The translations under genes and the position numbers were made by a program. DNA of 63,992 nt, the filler included, from Basidioascus undulatus (lineage: Eukaryota), in NCBI GenBank assembly GCA_000826855.1. It is 4 parts of 4 records of this genome, joined end to end, with 100 filler letters (N's around TTAATTAATTAA, not from the genome) between each part and the next. Parts side by side here need not be neighbours in the genome. Positions count along the whole stretch, not along the records: positions 1 to 16,363 come from JTLS01000589.1; positions 16,464 to 32,790 come from JTLS01000590.1; 2 more parts are not named here. One strand, given 5' to 3'. The notes beneath the pieces were generated by a model. The model ran no database searches, was not told where the DNA came from, and saw only the letters and a program-made list of their open reading frames with translations. Below, piece after piece: positions 13,995 to 28,086 of this stretch. Numbering within the stretch: position 1 is the first letter of the stretch; each line of letters begins with the position of its first letter.

Positions 13995-15009
13995 TCAGAG
14001 TGAATAGTCTGATCCTGAGAGTGTCCAGATATGGAAGTGCCTTGAACGCGGCATGAAGTGCAGTCGCTGTCTCGAGTGCAACTCGAACTCTAACCGACTC
14101 AAGGCCGCGGCGGAAAATAGGGGCGATAGTATTGGGACCGAGCCGCTGGTTTGAGATTCGGAAGCAGTTCGAAAAATAGAAAGATGAAACGAAGTTGCCA
14201 AGAGGAGGGGGCTCGACTGAGGGTTCGTGGCCAGCGTTCTCGAAGACGTGTCCGTGGTTGATGAGACAAAAGCGGAGAGCTGGCTTCCGTCTAGTAATGG
14301 GGGCGAATTGGGGCTCGAAATATGGAAAAGAACGTAGATAGCAGTGAGTTCGCTCAGCGTCATCGCGAAGCGGAGGTCAAGCGGCTTTTCAAAAGTGGTA
14401 TTCCTGCAAGCGTCCATTTACTTTACATGAGAGCAAAGCTGGAGCGTGCGCAAGTCTCACCTTATATCGAGGTGAAAAGGTGTAGGAAGGTTGTACCAGA
14501 GCGCGTTGAAGAAGCCACAAGGGACTCTCGGGCGGTTGCCGATGCCGCTCAACAGACGAAGGAGCGAAGCAAGTCCATCTCATCTAGCAGCGCACACAGC
14601 TCTGCAAACCCACCCAAGTCAACCGCCTGCCCATCCGAAAATGAGAGACTGTACTCACGCATAAAGATGTCCCTCGGCATTGCCCATTCCGGAGCGGTCT
14701 GCAGATTGTTCGCCAGAGTCGTGCCCTCCGCCTCGACGTCGTCGGCTCTCGCCAATAGACCGTGATGTCTCTCACAGCCGGACCTAGCTCATCCGTCTGG
14801 TGCCGCAAGACCTTTAAGAAGGAGCGATCGAGCTCTTGCGGATGATCCATCGAAATCGAGGCCTTCGAAGAGGCGTGCGAAGGCCGCCTTGCGCATGTGC
14901 TGTGCAACGCTGAGGGGGGCGACGCCGAGCCAGGCTTTGAGGTCGCCGGGCTCGGTGAACTTGGTGACGTGGTGCCAGACGTCGAAGGGGAGGTGTCGGG
15001 GATGGGCAT
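13995..15009 (-). pseudogene. F-box-like gene with several frameshifts
   Basis: ATG 15009 (MPIP) needs a 1-nt shift to reach F-box-like 'RHLPFDVWHHVTKFTEPGDLKAWLGV'. Further shifts are needed to reach 'RSFLKVLRHQTDELGPAVRDITVYW' and 'LCALLDEMDLLRSFVC*'. Confidence 0.45.
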
Positions 15010-16363
15010 TTTTGACTCGGGAATGGTGCGTGAACAGCGAGGGGAGTTGAGAGTGGGAAATGGGGATGGAAGAGAGTGGCGAGATGGAAGGTAAGACGAT
15101 GCAGCGCTCAGCGACGAGCACTGCGTTCATGTGTCGACATGCATGAGGGTCAATAACTAAGGATTTAGAGGCATATAATGGTTAATAAAGAGTGCACCCT
15201 CTTCCTTGAGAGTGTCTAGAATCTATGCGTGCGTATCTGCGTATTCTGCAAACCAGTGGAAGAAAGACGAGGGCCTGCTCAGAGGCTGCTCTCTGCCTGG
15301 TGCCAAGCCGCTATGTACGCATTACCTCACAATGCGCACACTCCCGGTCTAGTGTGTCGAATAGGCCTCTAATTGACATTACATACTTTATTTTCTGGAA
15401 GGAAGGCTATGTGCCGTTCGTCTGAGGAAAGAGCGGCAGACAGCGGTGGTGGCTGTAGCTACAGGGCATGGCTGTATACGTAAGCAATGCGGCCTCAGCA
15501 GCCCCCGCTTGAAGAAATAGTTTTAGGTGAGAAAACATCACAGTCTGCAGTCGAGACAGCGGTTTGGTTCTGGACCGACCAGCGTAGAAGGCGACGCAAA
15601 TGCAGGGTCGGGGGTCCGTCGCCCGTCAGGATCTCCAGCTTCGGATACTGAGGAGGAATATTAGTCAGATCTTCATACAAACCGCTCAAGCAACCTCGCT
15701 TCACCACATTTTCCCGCAGTGGCTCGCGAGCTGTGCAGGGCCCAGAGCAAGTGCGTGAATTGCCTCGCCCACTCCCTTCGAGCTCCTGTCGAGGCAGCCG
15801 CTCCCAGTTCCGGTAACGATTTGCTAACAAAATAAATACTGCAGCTTCCTGGGATCAATGAGGTATGCACGGGTTACTTTATAGGAAAGTCGCCTGAACC
15901 GTCTCCTCCACGGGGGCAGCACGCACAGCTCGTAGCACAGAAATCAGCATGGTATCGGTGTATGCATGGACAGCGGAGCGCAGCGCAAGACCTAGGCGCC
16001 CGACCTGCGCTGCATCGGCCCTCTCTCAAGCCCAAATCGCCGCGGAGGTGACACCGACACCATATCAGCTGGCTCGCGCTCGCCCTCGCCCTCCAGCAGC
16101 GGTCGATCATCCTCCTCTTCCATTTGACGTATTTCGTCCATCGTGTCCGTCCATCTCCGCGTCGAAGCGTTCGCCAGGCCCGCCGCGACGACGCGCCGGC
16201 GCGTGGCCGCCGGACGCGGTCGTGCCATTGAGGGGAGAGGCGCGCTCCCTGAGAGCGGCTGGGCTGTGCCGACGCCTTCGAGGAGGGAGGCGAAGGAGAG
16301 ATCCGCAGTTGGGGCTGGACCGAGTGGGGCGGAACGGAAGAAGGAAGGCAGGAAGGGGGGGAC

Positions 16364-16463
16364 NNNNNNNNNNNNNNNNNNNNNNNNNNNNNNNNNNNNN
16401 NNNNNNNTTAATTAATTAANNNNNNNNNNNNNNNNNNNNNNNNNNNNNNNNNNNNNNNNNNNN
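16364..16463. other. Artificial contig-joining spacer
   Basis: 44 N + TTAATTAATTAA (stop-codon spacer) + 44 N. Confidence 0.98.
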
Positions 16464-17330
16464 TATATATAATTCTTGCCAAACACTGTCAATGCACTGC
16501 TAGGCATGTTGCACAGTGATTCTGCAAAGTGTCTTTCCATAAACCCCAAAAGCAACACTGGTAAAGCGTTAGACCTACTTAGTCACATTTTGCCAACTTT
16601 GAATTGCCTAATGGCACTTGGGTGACTTGGCATTGGTATGAAAGCTCACAGAAGCACTTTGCTGTCTGCTGGTTTTGGCAGTGCTCACAATAGTGTACTT
16701 ACATGAAATGTATGTGCAGCATGATGGCAGTACAAGGAAGTTGTATATAAGAAAGTTCACTGTGACTACAGAGAACAGGACTGCATGGCTCTAGTAGACT
16801 GGCATGTCTTGACAGCAATCAGGCAAAGCTAAGACCACCTTAGCAATGACTTCACCAATGACTGATAGATTGGGAGAAAGCACGCAACAAGATGGTTTTT
16901 CTGCCTCCCAACAAGCCCACTCCAATAACCTTCAGACTCGGGTGAGGGCTAGCCACTATAGACAACACTATGAACCAACTTGCTCCTCAATGTAGTGGTA
17001 CTGGGTCCAGATGCACTTGCACCAGTGTTGCTGCTGAATCTTGACATGCACAAGGCCCTCTGCAATGAGCTGTCCCCACAGTGCATGGCAATAAACATAC
17101 CTCTTACAGCATCCTTCACTCCTCTTCCTAGAAGTAACTCATTCAGACTGAAGTTCCAAGCAGGCTCGAGACAGAAGAGCCACTGTCCAAGAAGGCAGTA
17201 TATCCAATTCATTACCTAAATTTCTGAGCTTGCACACTAAAGGCATCTGGAAGAAAAATGTAGACTATTTACTGTTCTGGAAGTAAGAATTGTTAGGTGT
17301 TGTGTGGTTCAACAAATGAGGTTTAATAAG
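16464..17330. mobile_element. CpG-depleted repeat relic at contig edge
   Basis: Only a handful of CpGs in ~870 bp, with many TpG/CpA. Abrupt switch to CpG-rich promoter DNA at ~17340. Confidence 0.4.
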
Positions 17331-17515
17331 GTAGAGAGAGACCGGCCCGCGGAGGCGCCGCATCCGGGCGGCCACGTGAGCCGCCGCGAGACCGCATGGC
17401 TCGCGTCAACGCGGCACTCTCTCGTCTTCCTCCACGGCGTCCCGATCCTTGAAAGCATCAGATTTGACGATACTGGACGTCCAAGCTACGACTGATACCA
17501 CCACAGCTAATCCCC

Positions 17516-19278
17516 ATGCTGCCAATGCTCCGTCGCCTGCCTCGCTCCCTCTCTCGCTCTTTCTCAATATCGACAAGGCGCGCAGCTGGAGCGCCGCCCG
17601 CAGGCGGTCATTCTGACGAGATCGCCAAGTCACCACTGCTTCGAACGACCGCAGCTTCAGCCCTGAGGACCCCTGGATTGACCTTTGATCAAGACGAGCA
17701 GGCGGGTGCGGATGGCGAGAGGGAATGTCGAAAAACCAACCTATACCAGTGAGCTCGCCCCTGAAGCACTCGCAGCGCGCGCTCCATACTCATCCTGTTG
17801 TGGCAGAGCGATACGGGATGGGTTAAGGTGCGGCCGACGTTTATCTATCGGTGGCGATCTGTTCTGAGGAAGGGCCGTACAGAGCGACGCTGGCCGCGGA
17901 TGAGACAGCGGTGTGCTTCGGTGAAGACGTTGCGTTTGGAGGCGTCTTCCGGTGCACGATGGGGTTGGCGGAGGAGTTCGGTAAGCACCGGTCTTCATAG
18001 ATAAGGGATAGATAAGTATCGAGGCTTACTTTGGTCGCAAGGCCGAGAGCGCGTCTTCAACACCCCGCTGACTGAGCAAGGTATCGTGGGCTTCGGGATC
18101 GGCATGGCTGCTATGGGTCATACCGCCGTGGCCGAGATTCAGGTAGGCGCATTGCTTCAACTCGAATGCCTACAAATGCCTGCTCACATCTGCGATGCAG
18201 TTTGCAGACTACATTTTTGTACGTGGTGATTAGCGCAAGGAGCGTGCGCTGCTGACGCCCGCCTCATGTCGCAGCCTGCGTTTGACCAAGTTCGTCTAAG
18301 CTCGTTTCCTTGCGCACCGAGCAGACTTCTTACCTCATTTCAACCAGATTGTGAACGAAGCTGCAAAGTATCGCTTCCGGTCTGGGGGGGGTTTCAACGT
18401 TGGCGGATTGACTGTCCGCACGCCGTGCATGGCTGTCGGACATGGCGGACTGTACCACAGTCAATCTGTGGAACAGGTGAGCGACTTGCCCACTCTCCGA
18501 TCTTTTGGCCTGATCTAAACCTTCTATATCTTCCAGTACTTCATGGGAGCGGCCGGATTGAAGGTACATTGCAGTTGCAGATTGCAGCGCGCGTGCATTT
18601 GAGCTCATCGTGCGCAATCTAGGTGGTCGTGCCCCGCTCCCCGATCCAAGCAAAGGGCCTCCTTCTTGCCGCCATTCGAGACCCGAACCCAGTCATCTTT
18701 CTCGAGCCGAAGATCCTCTACAGATCCGCTGGTGCGCTATTCGACATGTTGTGCCCCTTCGGCAGTCGTGTGCTTACTCACATTGCCGACCTGACTTTGA
18801 AGTCGAACAAGTTCCCACCGCCGCATACACTCTTCCCCTTTCGAAAGCCGAGGTCATCACGCCGGGATCCGATCTCACGCTCCTGTCGTACGGGCCGCCG
18901 CTCTCCACCTGCATCACTGCGCTCAACTTGCTGTCGAACCCACCCCCGCCGCTGGCTTCCCACGTCCCCGAGCGCGTGCGGCAAGCGAAGGTCGAGCTCA
19001 TCGATCTGCGTACGATCGTGCCCTTCGATATCGACACCATCGTCGAGTCCGTTCGCCGCACGGGTCGGCTCGTCATAGTTCACGAAGCAGGCATGACGGG
19101 TGGCGTGGGAGGCGAGATCAGCGCTGAAGTGATGAAGAGGGCGTTTTTGAGGTTGGAGGCTCCGGTGTGCAGGGTGGCAGGGTGGGACACGCCGGTACCC
19201 CTCGCGTTCGAGAAGCCGTGGTACATTCCGGACGCTGTGCGGATCTTGGACGCTGTGGTGGATACGTTGACGTATTGA
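17516..19278 (+). CDS. BCKDHB: Branched-chain 2-oxo-acid dehydrogenase E1 beta subunit, mitochondrial
   Basis: Arg/Ser-rich targeting peptide. Motifs '[14 protein letters not shown]', '[18 protein letters not shown]', '[27 protein letters not shown]', '[10 protein letters not shown]', '[28 protein letters not shown]' and '[17 protein letters not shown]'. Confidence 0.96.
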
Positions 19279-19491
19279 TCTGTTCGCGCAAATGGATGCA
19301 TCTAGGCACTCGACCGTTGGCTGAGGGTGCTCGCGAAATGTGGATGCAATTGCACTGCCTTTCTGCCTAACTTGTGTGGAGCTTTCACGACGTTTGATTT
19401 ATGAAGCAATGCCACTTGGTTACTTCGTCCCTCAACGCCATCGGCATTCTCAAACTGTCGCAAACGCAGACGCAGCTACAAGTCCATTGCT

Positions 19492-22400
19492 TCACCATCG
19501 CCTTTGGTCGTAAATCTGCCCCAACAAGCCCAAAACGCCCTCGTCCCTCAAGGCTGTACCCTCCTCCTCGTCCATGTCATCCTCGCCCTGTTTCGAACGA
19601 CCCTTCACATCGGCGACGTAGTCTTCACCCAACCCACGCTCATCCGGCACCGTCACGGGGCGAGCGCGTCCGGCCGACGCGCCTCGGGTGACGGAGCGCT
19701 GGAAGGCGCGGTCATAGTAGTTGGCTCGATCAGCAGGATTGAGGACGGGAGACGCCGTGGAAGTCGCGGGAGGGACGCGGCGGCCGTTGTTCGGATACAC
19801 CGAGGCGTTGACGTCCGTCATTCGCGAGAGGAAGAGGGATCCAGCTGGATCTGTTGGATTCCAGTCGGGATGCGTCGCCTGATGTGGTAGCGCTTGTAAG
19901 GCGATTCGAAACGATGAGGAAATAAAGATGATTGGGACTGCGAACCTTGAAGTTAAGGATACTCTTCTCGAGCTTGCCGCCTTCGGACTGGAAGCGCGGG
20001 TCCGTGGCATCGGTCGGTGCGCCGAACTGATGGGAAAAGGCTATACGGTCAGCGCACGTCTAGTGAATTATCAGCGACGCTCTACCTTCACGTTGCCGTG
20101 TCTCGCAAAGTCGAAATGCGCGAAGCTGCAAATGTACCCGAGACCCTCGACATGCACGGTTGACTGCCGGATGAAGTCGATGACGGCTGGGGCGCAGTCG
20201 GGCAGAGAGAGCCAAAGGATCCACGGCGTGCAGATGACGGACAGGAGCTCTTGAACAAAGATGGTCACTTTCATCTCAAAGAGACGCCCGAACTCGCGGT
20301 GAACCTGTGCACACGATGGGAATAAGCGAACAAGCTCAGAACGAAACGCAGGGCGATCCACTCACATACTGCGAGTGCAGCATCCCTTTCCATTCCGTCG
20401 GGAGGTAATGCGTCCAGTGGATCACGCCGCGAAGAAGGTGCTCTGGGTCGAAGACTTGGTTCTCGTCTGGGATCATGCCGCGAGCGATAGCGAGGATCGA
20501 GCCGAAGACGCCGATGTAGAAGAGCACCGTGCGCTGCGGCGTTATCTCGAAATGCAAAAAGAGGTCTGAGTGGGAAGCGCGGGACGGCTCGTCAGACGAA
20601 GCGCAGCGCAGCCACTTTGAAGCGATCTCACCTGGATCGAGGACAGAGGCAAGAAGAAGTACGGCTGCGAAAGAGCCCGCGATGAACGCGACAAACCTAG
20701 CACCTACAACGTCAGTGGCAAAATCACCGTTGCGTCTTGATGAAAGGAGCTCTGAACCTCACCGCATGATGAGAGCAACACGCTCGTTGGGGAATTGCTC
20801 GATGTACTTCTGCGCGATGGGGTGGCTCGAGTCGAGGCGACGTTGGAAGAGGTGCGGGAGCTCGTTGAATTCGCGGAACTTCCAGCGCGCGAATTGCGTG
20901 TACTGCCGCGAGCCGATGGTCGATGGGTTCTTGTGGTATTCCTGAGCGTCGACCTGATGTTAGCGAGGGCGAGGAGCATTGTCGAAAAAGTTGAACGATG
21001 GACGTGCCTCGAAGTATCGAAAGAAGGAGTAAATGAGGAGAAAGACGACGACGAAAGGTGCGAAGATGGCATTCAAGATGCCCATAAAAATGAAGCGTCG
21101 ACGAAGCCTGACAAGCTCTGAAATTAGCCCACCGTTGATGAGAGGCGAAGGATGCAAAGGGCGGGCGTACTCTTCGACCAAACGTTCCCGATGCGCACCC
21201 CTCACAAACTGTTTCCGCACTTGGCCTCGGCCGTCAAAGACGTATCCGAGAAGCGCGAAGCTCATGTTCCACTCGAGAACACGTGTCAGCACGCCCTGGC
21301 GGCCGCCGAGAACGGCTGGCAGGCGCCCTGCGACCGGCGGCGGGACGGGAAGGCGAAGCTTCAAGAGGTCCTTGTTGAAGAGGGCGATGAGGTAGTTCTC
21401 CTGCCGCATGATGCGGTTCGCGATGTCGTGCGCGTCGAGCTTGGTTGTGCTGGGACCGGCGGTAGACGACGAGAGCGAGGTGAGGGGGTTGGAGTCGCGG
21501 ATGCGGCCAATGCGCTGCACGACCTCCTGCCAGGAGATGGTCTGGACGTCGGCCTGGGGTGACACGGTAAGCTTTGGAATGAGAGGGGTCTATGCAATGG
21601 ACGCGGAGGACGTACGTCGGGTATACCGAGGAGATGGGTGTAGAATCTGTACATGTCGAGCAAGGCGCGGAAGGAGAAGGCGAAAGAGGCGATTTGCCAG
21701 ACGTAAAAGGCGCCGAAAGCGAGGAAGAAGAACAGGGTGCCTCCCGAGAAGCTGTACAACAGGCGCAAAGGTCAACTTGAGGCGGAATAGGCAAGTCGAC
21801 TGCACGCACCCAGAGACGCAATGTGGCACAAGCACTTCGGAGAGGGAGCCGTCGTGCTTGATCGAGGAGTAGTCGACGCATCTCAGCAGGAAGGTCGAAA
21901 AGGCGATCACAAACCCCACCGTGCTAGACCGCGGCCTCGAGTCTGAGCGGCGCCGTTGCGAGGGAAGGGAGATGACTCACAGGAGGTTCAGGATTCTCGA
22001 GAGGGCGATACAGTAGATTCCCTTCCCGACATAGTACGCATACACCTATTCCCTCACTGTGAATACAGATGTATGACGCGCGAATGGCCAAGAGCGTACC
22101 TGCTGCAAGAACCCGTCCAGGTCCTGCACGTTGACCCAGATCCACAACGCCCTCTCGTATTCGCTCAAGCCGCCCGTCATGCCTGTTGTCCCCCTCGTAC
22201 TCCGCGGCGGTCCTGGACCTAGACCGCCGCCAGCGTGGGCAGGCTGAGCGCGCTCTTTCCCCTTGGACAAGCGCGTGGTGCGAGGTGGAGCGCAATCAAG
22301 CGGTCGGCCGGTCTGCACGGGCGGAGCGCGAGAGGGCGCCGAACGAGGAGGAGAGCGCATGATGGACGGGGACGGAGTCAAGTCCTGATCTGGTTCGGGC

Positions 22401-22699
22401 GAGGGATGCCTCGTCGTCGAAGGCCCCGCGCCATCGGCCTCGACGAGGATGCTCCGGGGCGGGCCGCCGTCCTCGCTGTCGTCGTCACTCTCTTCGGGAG
22501 GACGACGGGACTGGCCAAGCTCGAGGTCGCCCTCGTCCTCCTCATCGACGCGCGAGTAGCCAGTATAGTGGCGACCGGAGGGGTTCAGAAGGCCGAGGAT
22601 GGGTCGCGAGCCCGAGAGCGGGAGGGCGAAGCGGGGGGGCGAGAGAGACGAGTTGCGCGAGAGGGGCGGGGGGGACTGGGGAGATGTCGGCGCCGGCAT
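19492..22699 (-). CDS. ATG9: Autophagy-related protein 9 (lipid scramblase)
   Basis: '[18 protein letters not shown]', '[26 protein letters not shown]', '[19 protein letters not shown]', '[17 protein letters not shown]', '[18 protein letters not shown]' and terminal '[10 protein letters not shown]'. Confidence 0.96.
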
Positions 22700-23252
22700 C
22701 GATGGCGTCTGCCGCGGAGGTATTGATGTGTGAGTTCAATCAATATCAGATCGTATTCGATATGCAATCGTCAGTGTGTCTGTGATAGTGAGTCGGTGAA
22801 GGCAGGCGGAGATGGACGACAGAGCACCGCGCCGGGCGTCGATCGAGACGCGCGCGTGCACGTGAAAGTCAGGGACCCAAGCCAGGTTGTCGACACGACC
22901 ACGCGGTTTCGCCTTGGAATTGCAGCATACAAAAATCGCAAAAATGGACCACATTGCGAGGACTGTTCGGCGATCATACGCACTGCTAAGACCAACGGAT
23001 GACACTGTGCCGGCGAGCTGCCTTCCATCCCGGGGCCCGAGTACGTGAGCTGCTCCCGCACGACTGACAGGATGGCCGGCGATGGCTTCCATCGGGACGC
23101 CTTCTATCGACCACCTCCACACCCTCGCACACACACCCTGCAACCCGCCTTCATCATCTACAACCAGCTACAACTCACACAATCTCTTTCTACGTCTTCT
23201 CATACCCTGCAAACCCTCACCAAGCATCGAAAAGAACACAGAGGAGGTCGCC

Positions 23253-26200
23253 ATGCACGGCCTCAACCCCCTCTCCCTCGGCGTCAACGTCGGGCCGGTT
23301 CGTCACACTCCATACGTTGCGGCGACCATATACTCAAACTGACGTACTCTCTGCGTCAGGTCATGGCTAAGACGTTGATCAAGCACTACCTTGTCCGAAG
23401 GAAGGAGGGCAAGAGCAAGGCCAGGGATGAACTTTTGTTTGACGAGGTGTGTCCCGAGCGCCAGGCGGAGTTGATTACGGCGCATGCTGACCGCAACACC
23501 AACAGGCGTTCAACATAGTAAAAACGTTTATGGAACTCTCCACCCGCGTAGGATTCAACTGTTGACCTGGTCACCCATCCCCGGCATGCACTGACTCATG
23601 CTGTGGGTGACAGCATACCGTCGAAGACCTCCAGTGCGCCGAGCCTTCACCTCGTTCTAGAGCGCTACTGACTTTGAATCGCTGCAGGCGTTTCGGAAAC
23701 ACACATTTACCCGCCCCGTTCTGGGTGCACATCGTACCAGTCGTGGGTACGTTGCGGCTCGGCTGCTTTGCGCCTCGACTGTGTCAAACTCATTTCCTTC
23801 TTTGTCCGTCGCAGTGCCGATGTCAAGCTGTAACCTTGCAGCGAAGCATCTGATCGCCGGCTTTGGCGGCGAGGAGGCGATGTACCAAGCGGCGGGGGGT
23901 GTCAGGTGGTGGCAGGTTAGGGGACTCCCGGGTGTCGAGGCCGAGTGGATCTGCAGTACGTTTCAAGCTTCTAAGAGCCAACGGGACGAGGCTGAACCTC
24001 TCGGGATCTTGCAGTGAAGAAAGACTACAGAGAGTACAAGGAGCGCGAGAAGGGGAAGGAAAAGGACGAGAGGAGAGCGGGAGAAGAGAAGGAAGAGTTC
24101 ACGCAGGTGCGTCATCCCAGATCGCCGCCAAAGCAGATCGCATGGCTCATATACAACGCTTGCACAGGACATGGACGACCTCAAACGCACCATGTGAGCT
24201 CTCTTTGAAGTTGTCTCCTGTACAGCGCTTATTTCATGGCTTCCTGCAGCCTTTACATCCACGGCGGCGCTGTGCGTGGTTCGTTCTCCCTATGTCCTGA
24301 TCATCATCTGAGCAATTTCGTGGCCGCTAGTACTACTGGGGGAGCATCAATACCCATCGCTAGTGAGAACTGAAACGGGCGATCTCCGATAACTTACATG
24401 ATTCGCTTACAACGGGTATCTCGTGCAGTGTCATATGGCGCATGGCGCGCAAGATGAAAGGTCGCGGTGAGGCGGACTACCACAGCTTCCCCAAACTCGA
24501 ACCCTGCTAAATCTTAACACCCCCATAGCATTCGCCGTCAACTATCGCCTGGCGCCGCAGTATGGTTTCCCGTGCCAGCTGCAAGACTGTCTCGCCGCAT
24601 GTGAGTCCGCGTCTTTACTCATCTCATGACATGCTCTTGGCTCATTGCAACGTCTTGCCTCAAAGATCTCTACCTCACTCAACCGCCGCCTGGTTCCCCG
24701 CATAAAGCCGTCAACCCCAAGAACATCATTATCGCGGGCGACTCGGCGGGCGGCGGCCTCTCGCTCGCGCTCCTCACGCTCTTGCGCGATACAGGCCTGC
24801 CGCTGCCGGCCGGTGCAGTACTCATCTCCCCTTGGTGCGCCCTAGAAACCTTATTATTGTTGAACTGACCGCGTAACTGACGAGCGGTGCGATTTAGGTG
24901 CGACCTCACGCACAGCTTCCCGTCGATCCTCGAGAACACCAAGACCGACATCATCCCGCCCTTCGGTTTCATCCACAAGCCTTCCACGCTCTGGCCGCCT
25001 CCGCCCGAAGACCTCCTCCACCGCACCCGCGAACACCTATCAACAGCCTCGCCACGCCGCCACCTCTTTTCGACGTCTTCCCCCGCAACCGCTGTGTCGC
25101 CCATAGACGATGTTCCCAAGATCAAGGTCGACGATGAATTCGTCTCGCTCGAAGGCCAGGTATTCTCTCTTCTTCTGCCGTCTCCCCAAACTTGGTCCTT
25201 ACCAAATGAGGCGCACTTCTAGATCCAAATGTATGCGACGAACTCGCAGGTCGGGCATCCTCTCGTCTCGCCCGCGCTGCACTACCTCGGCGGGCTCTGC
25301 CCGCTGTACGTCATGGCCAGTGACAAGGAGGTTTTGCGCGACGAGATCATCTACGCGGCGCACAAGGCTGCGAGGCCGGAGCTCTACCAGGTCAAGGACG
25401 AGGTTCGGCAAAGGCACCCGGTCTTGGAGGGGATTGAGGAACGGTTCGGTGGGACGCAGGTTCATCTGCAAGTAAGCATCTTTGATTCATATTGTCAGGA
25501 CAGCACGATCATGTACTGAGTGCAGGCGGTTCACGCAGGTCTACGACGAGACGTGTCATGTTCTACCGCTTTTCTCTATGGCGGAACCTGCCAAACACGC
25601 TTATCGCGTGCGTCGCTCCCTTTCCTTGATCTCGTTGGGCGTTCCTTCCTTGCTGAAAGCTTGAGATCGGTCGCCAGGCTATGGCCGCCTTCTGCCTTTG
25701 GGCGACTGCACTGGCGTCCTCTTCAACCGACGCGTCTGCGCCAGCGACGCCCGTCTCGCCCACTTCGGCAGGCGCCACGCCGACGCGGAAGAAAACCACC
25801 GACCCCTTCATCGTGTCGGGTGTCCCCTCATCCGGCGTTCCCGCTCCCGCTGTGGATGCCTTCGCACCGGATGCAGGAGAGCTCACCAAGGCGCTCGAAG
25901 CGACGCAACTTTCGGGCGTCTCGTCGGCCGCGGAGCCGGACGCCGCCGCCACGCCGGAGGAGAAAGACCCGCCGCGAAAGCGACTTCGCGACAAGCTGTC
26001 GCTCTTTACGAAGAGCTCCGCGGTGCCGGTCCGGCGCCAGGAGAGCACGAAGCGCAGCGTATCGGGCAAGTCGCGGAAGGGCGAACCTTCGAGCACGCTC
26101 TTCCCCACCGGGCCGGGCATGGCGGGATGGTCTGACATCTATGAAGCGGTGCGTTTGCCGATTGCTGGTTGCTGCGAGCATTCGAGGAGATCCGCAGCTG

Positions 26201-27454
26201 ATGAATGCAAGGCGAGGTTGGAATAGGCAGATGCGTTCAGCGATGCCAACATGATTCGCGAGCGAGTCGCGACGAACGGAGTCGTTAGGCAGATGGAGCC
26301 GGAGGACACGATCGTCGCGCTGAAGATGTCGCTTACCGAGATCGGCGTGTTCAAGGAGGGCCCAGTCAAGGTGCGCCTTGTCCAGCTACTGAGCCGCTCG
26401 AAACTTCTAACGTTGGCCTGGCCGCGCAGCGATACCTTACTGGTACGACAGACGCTTTGACGCTGTCAACTATTCTGTGGCATGAGCTGATATATTGGGA
26501 AAAGGCCAGCGCATGTGGACGTCGAAGTTCAAGCATACCGCCCGACGCATCGAGCGCGAGCGAGAGCACCAGCTGCAGCATGCGGCGCGGCACGTACAGG
26601 AGCTCTCGCAGAACATCAAGGAGGACGACGGCGCAAAGATTTTCGATCAGTCCGAAGTTGAGTGGAGGTGGCAGGTGAGGCCTTTCAGTTACGCTTCCGC
26701 GGAGAAGTACTTTTCTCGTGTTGATGGCGAGTATCAGTGGGCGCTCGAAGATGAGAACCCACCTCCGGCCAGCATCGTGGCGAGGAGGGACACCGTACGT
26801 CTTCCCAAAGTATGAGCCCGAAAGACGAATGCACGCATTGACCAGTCGAGCTGCCGGAACAGGAGGAGGCTCGTGCCCTTGCGAGGCTGGTCGACAGCGC
26901 CGACGAGACCAAGCCTGGGTCGGTGAATCTTTGGTCGCTTGTCGGGAAGCTGCTTTGTAAGTCTGTCGAGGGCGATGCGAACGTTTTATCTTGCCGCCTC
27001 GCCTTATGTCTTACGCCTTACTCCTCCCATCTTACCAGCTCCTGGCTCGTCCTCTCGTACCGGTACGGCGCCAGCCAATGACGGGCCATGGGCGGCCGAC
27101 ATTGCGCAGAGGCGCTCAACAATACGCCGCGCGGCCACCGACAGACCCGAGGGCGTCGACAGCCCGGATAGCCCGGTCGTGAACATTCTCCCGGACGACG
27201 ACAAAGAGCACCGCGCGTCCAGCCCGAAAGCAGGCAGTTTCCTTGACGAAGGGGACGTGGACCGCCGTGACGCGACGTTGAGCGGGCGGCCCAGCAGCGC
27301 GTGCAGCAACGTGCCGGAAGAGGCGCAGAGGTGGTTGGATCAGTACGACAAAGATGAGGAGGGGAAGGATGACGAATGGACCTACCTGCCCGTCAGGGAG
27401 GAGATGCCGAAGGGAGCGACCGTTGCGGTTGGGAAGGACAGCCCGCAGCCTTGA
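23253..27454 (+). CDS. Alpha/beta hydrolase, HSL-like lipase/esterase (Abhydrolase_3), many exons
   Basis: 'WWQVRG..GVEAEWI', '[17 protein letters not shown]', '[15 protein letters not shown]', nucleophile motif '[10 protein letters not shown]', '[14 protein letters not shown]', 'EVLRDEIIY' and '[10 protein letters not shown]'. Confidence 0.9.
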
Positions 27455-28086
27455 CAGTCGTTTCTTGGACTTTAATTTAGAGGGCCTTCCGGCCATTCTT
27501 CTATTGCTTATTATCGTTGCAGCTGTGCTAGAGCACCACGAATTCCATGAAGACCGTCTGTACCGTCGCGTGCGCCGCATGTGAAGTTTGGATCGCACTG
27601 CAGGAGGCATTTGTGGCACAATCTCACGATGGGTACGAACCGAACAGTCCATTGACGCGAGGTTGCCAGCGTTGATCTTGCATGCACACGTTCGTCAGGC
27701 GAGTATCGCTCGTCGCGACGGCCGATGTTGTCATCTCCGCGCTCTGATCCAGCATGCAAACTCATGTTGAAAGCATATGCGCACAGCGTGATGCGGTAAT
27801 CCTAGGAGCGAGATAGAGCAGTAGAGAAGACATGACGTGGAGCTGGCAGAACATGCGAAAAGAGTGTGATATGCGTCTATGGGTTGAAGCCGCAGCTGAG
27901 TCGGATATCGTAGAACGCATTGGGGCGGCGATGCTCCCCCGAAAGAAAGGAAACAGGCCGATGACGAGTGAGAACAGGATTAGGGAGACAGCGGGTATGA
28001 GAGGTAGGGAAAGGATACGGAAGGAGGGTGGCAAGGCATAGGGTAGGTGTGCCGGAGAAAAAGAGGAAAAGAGGGAGTTCCCGCGT

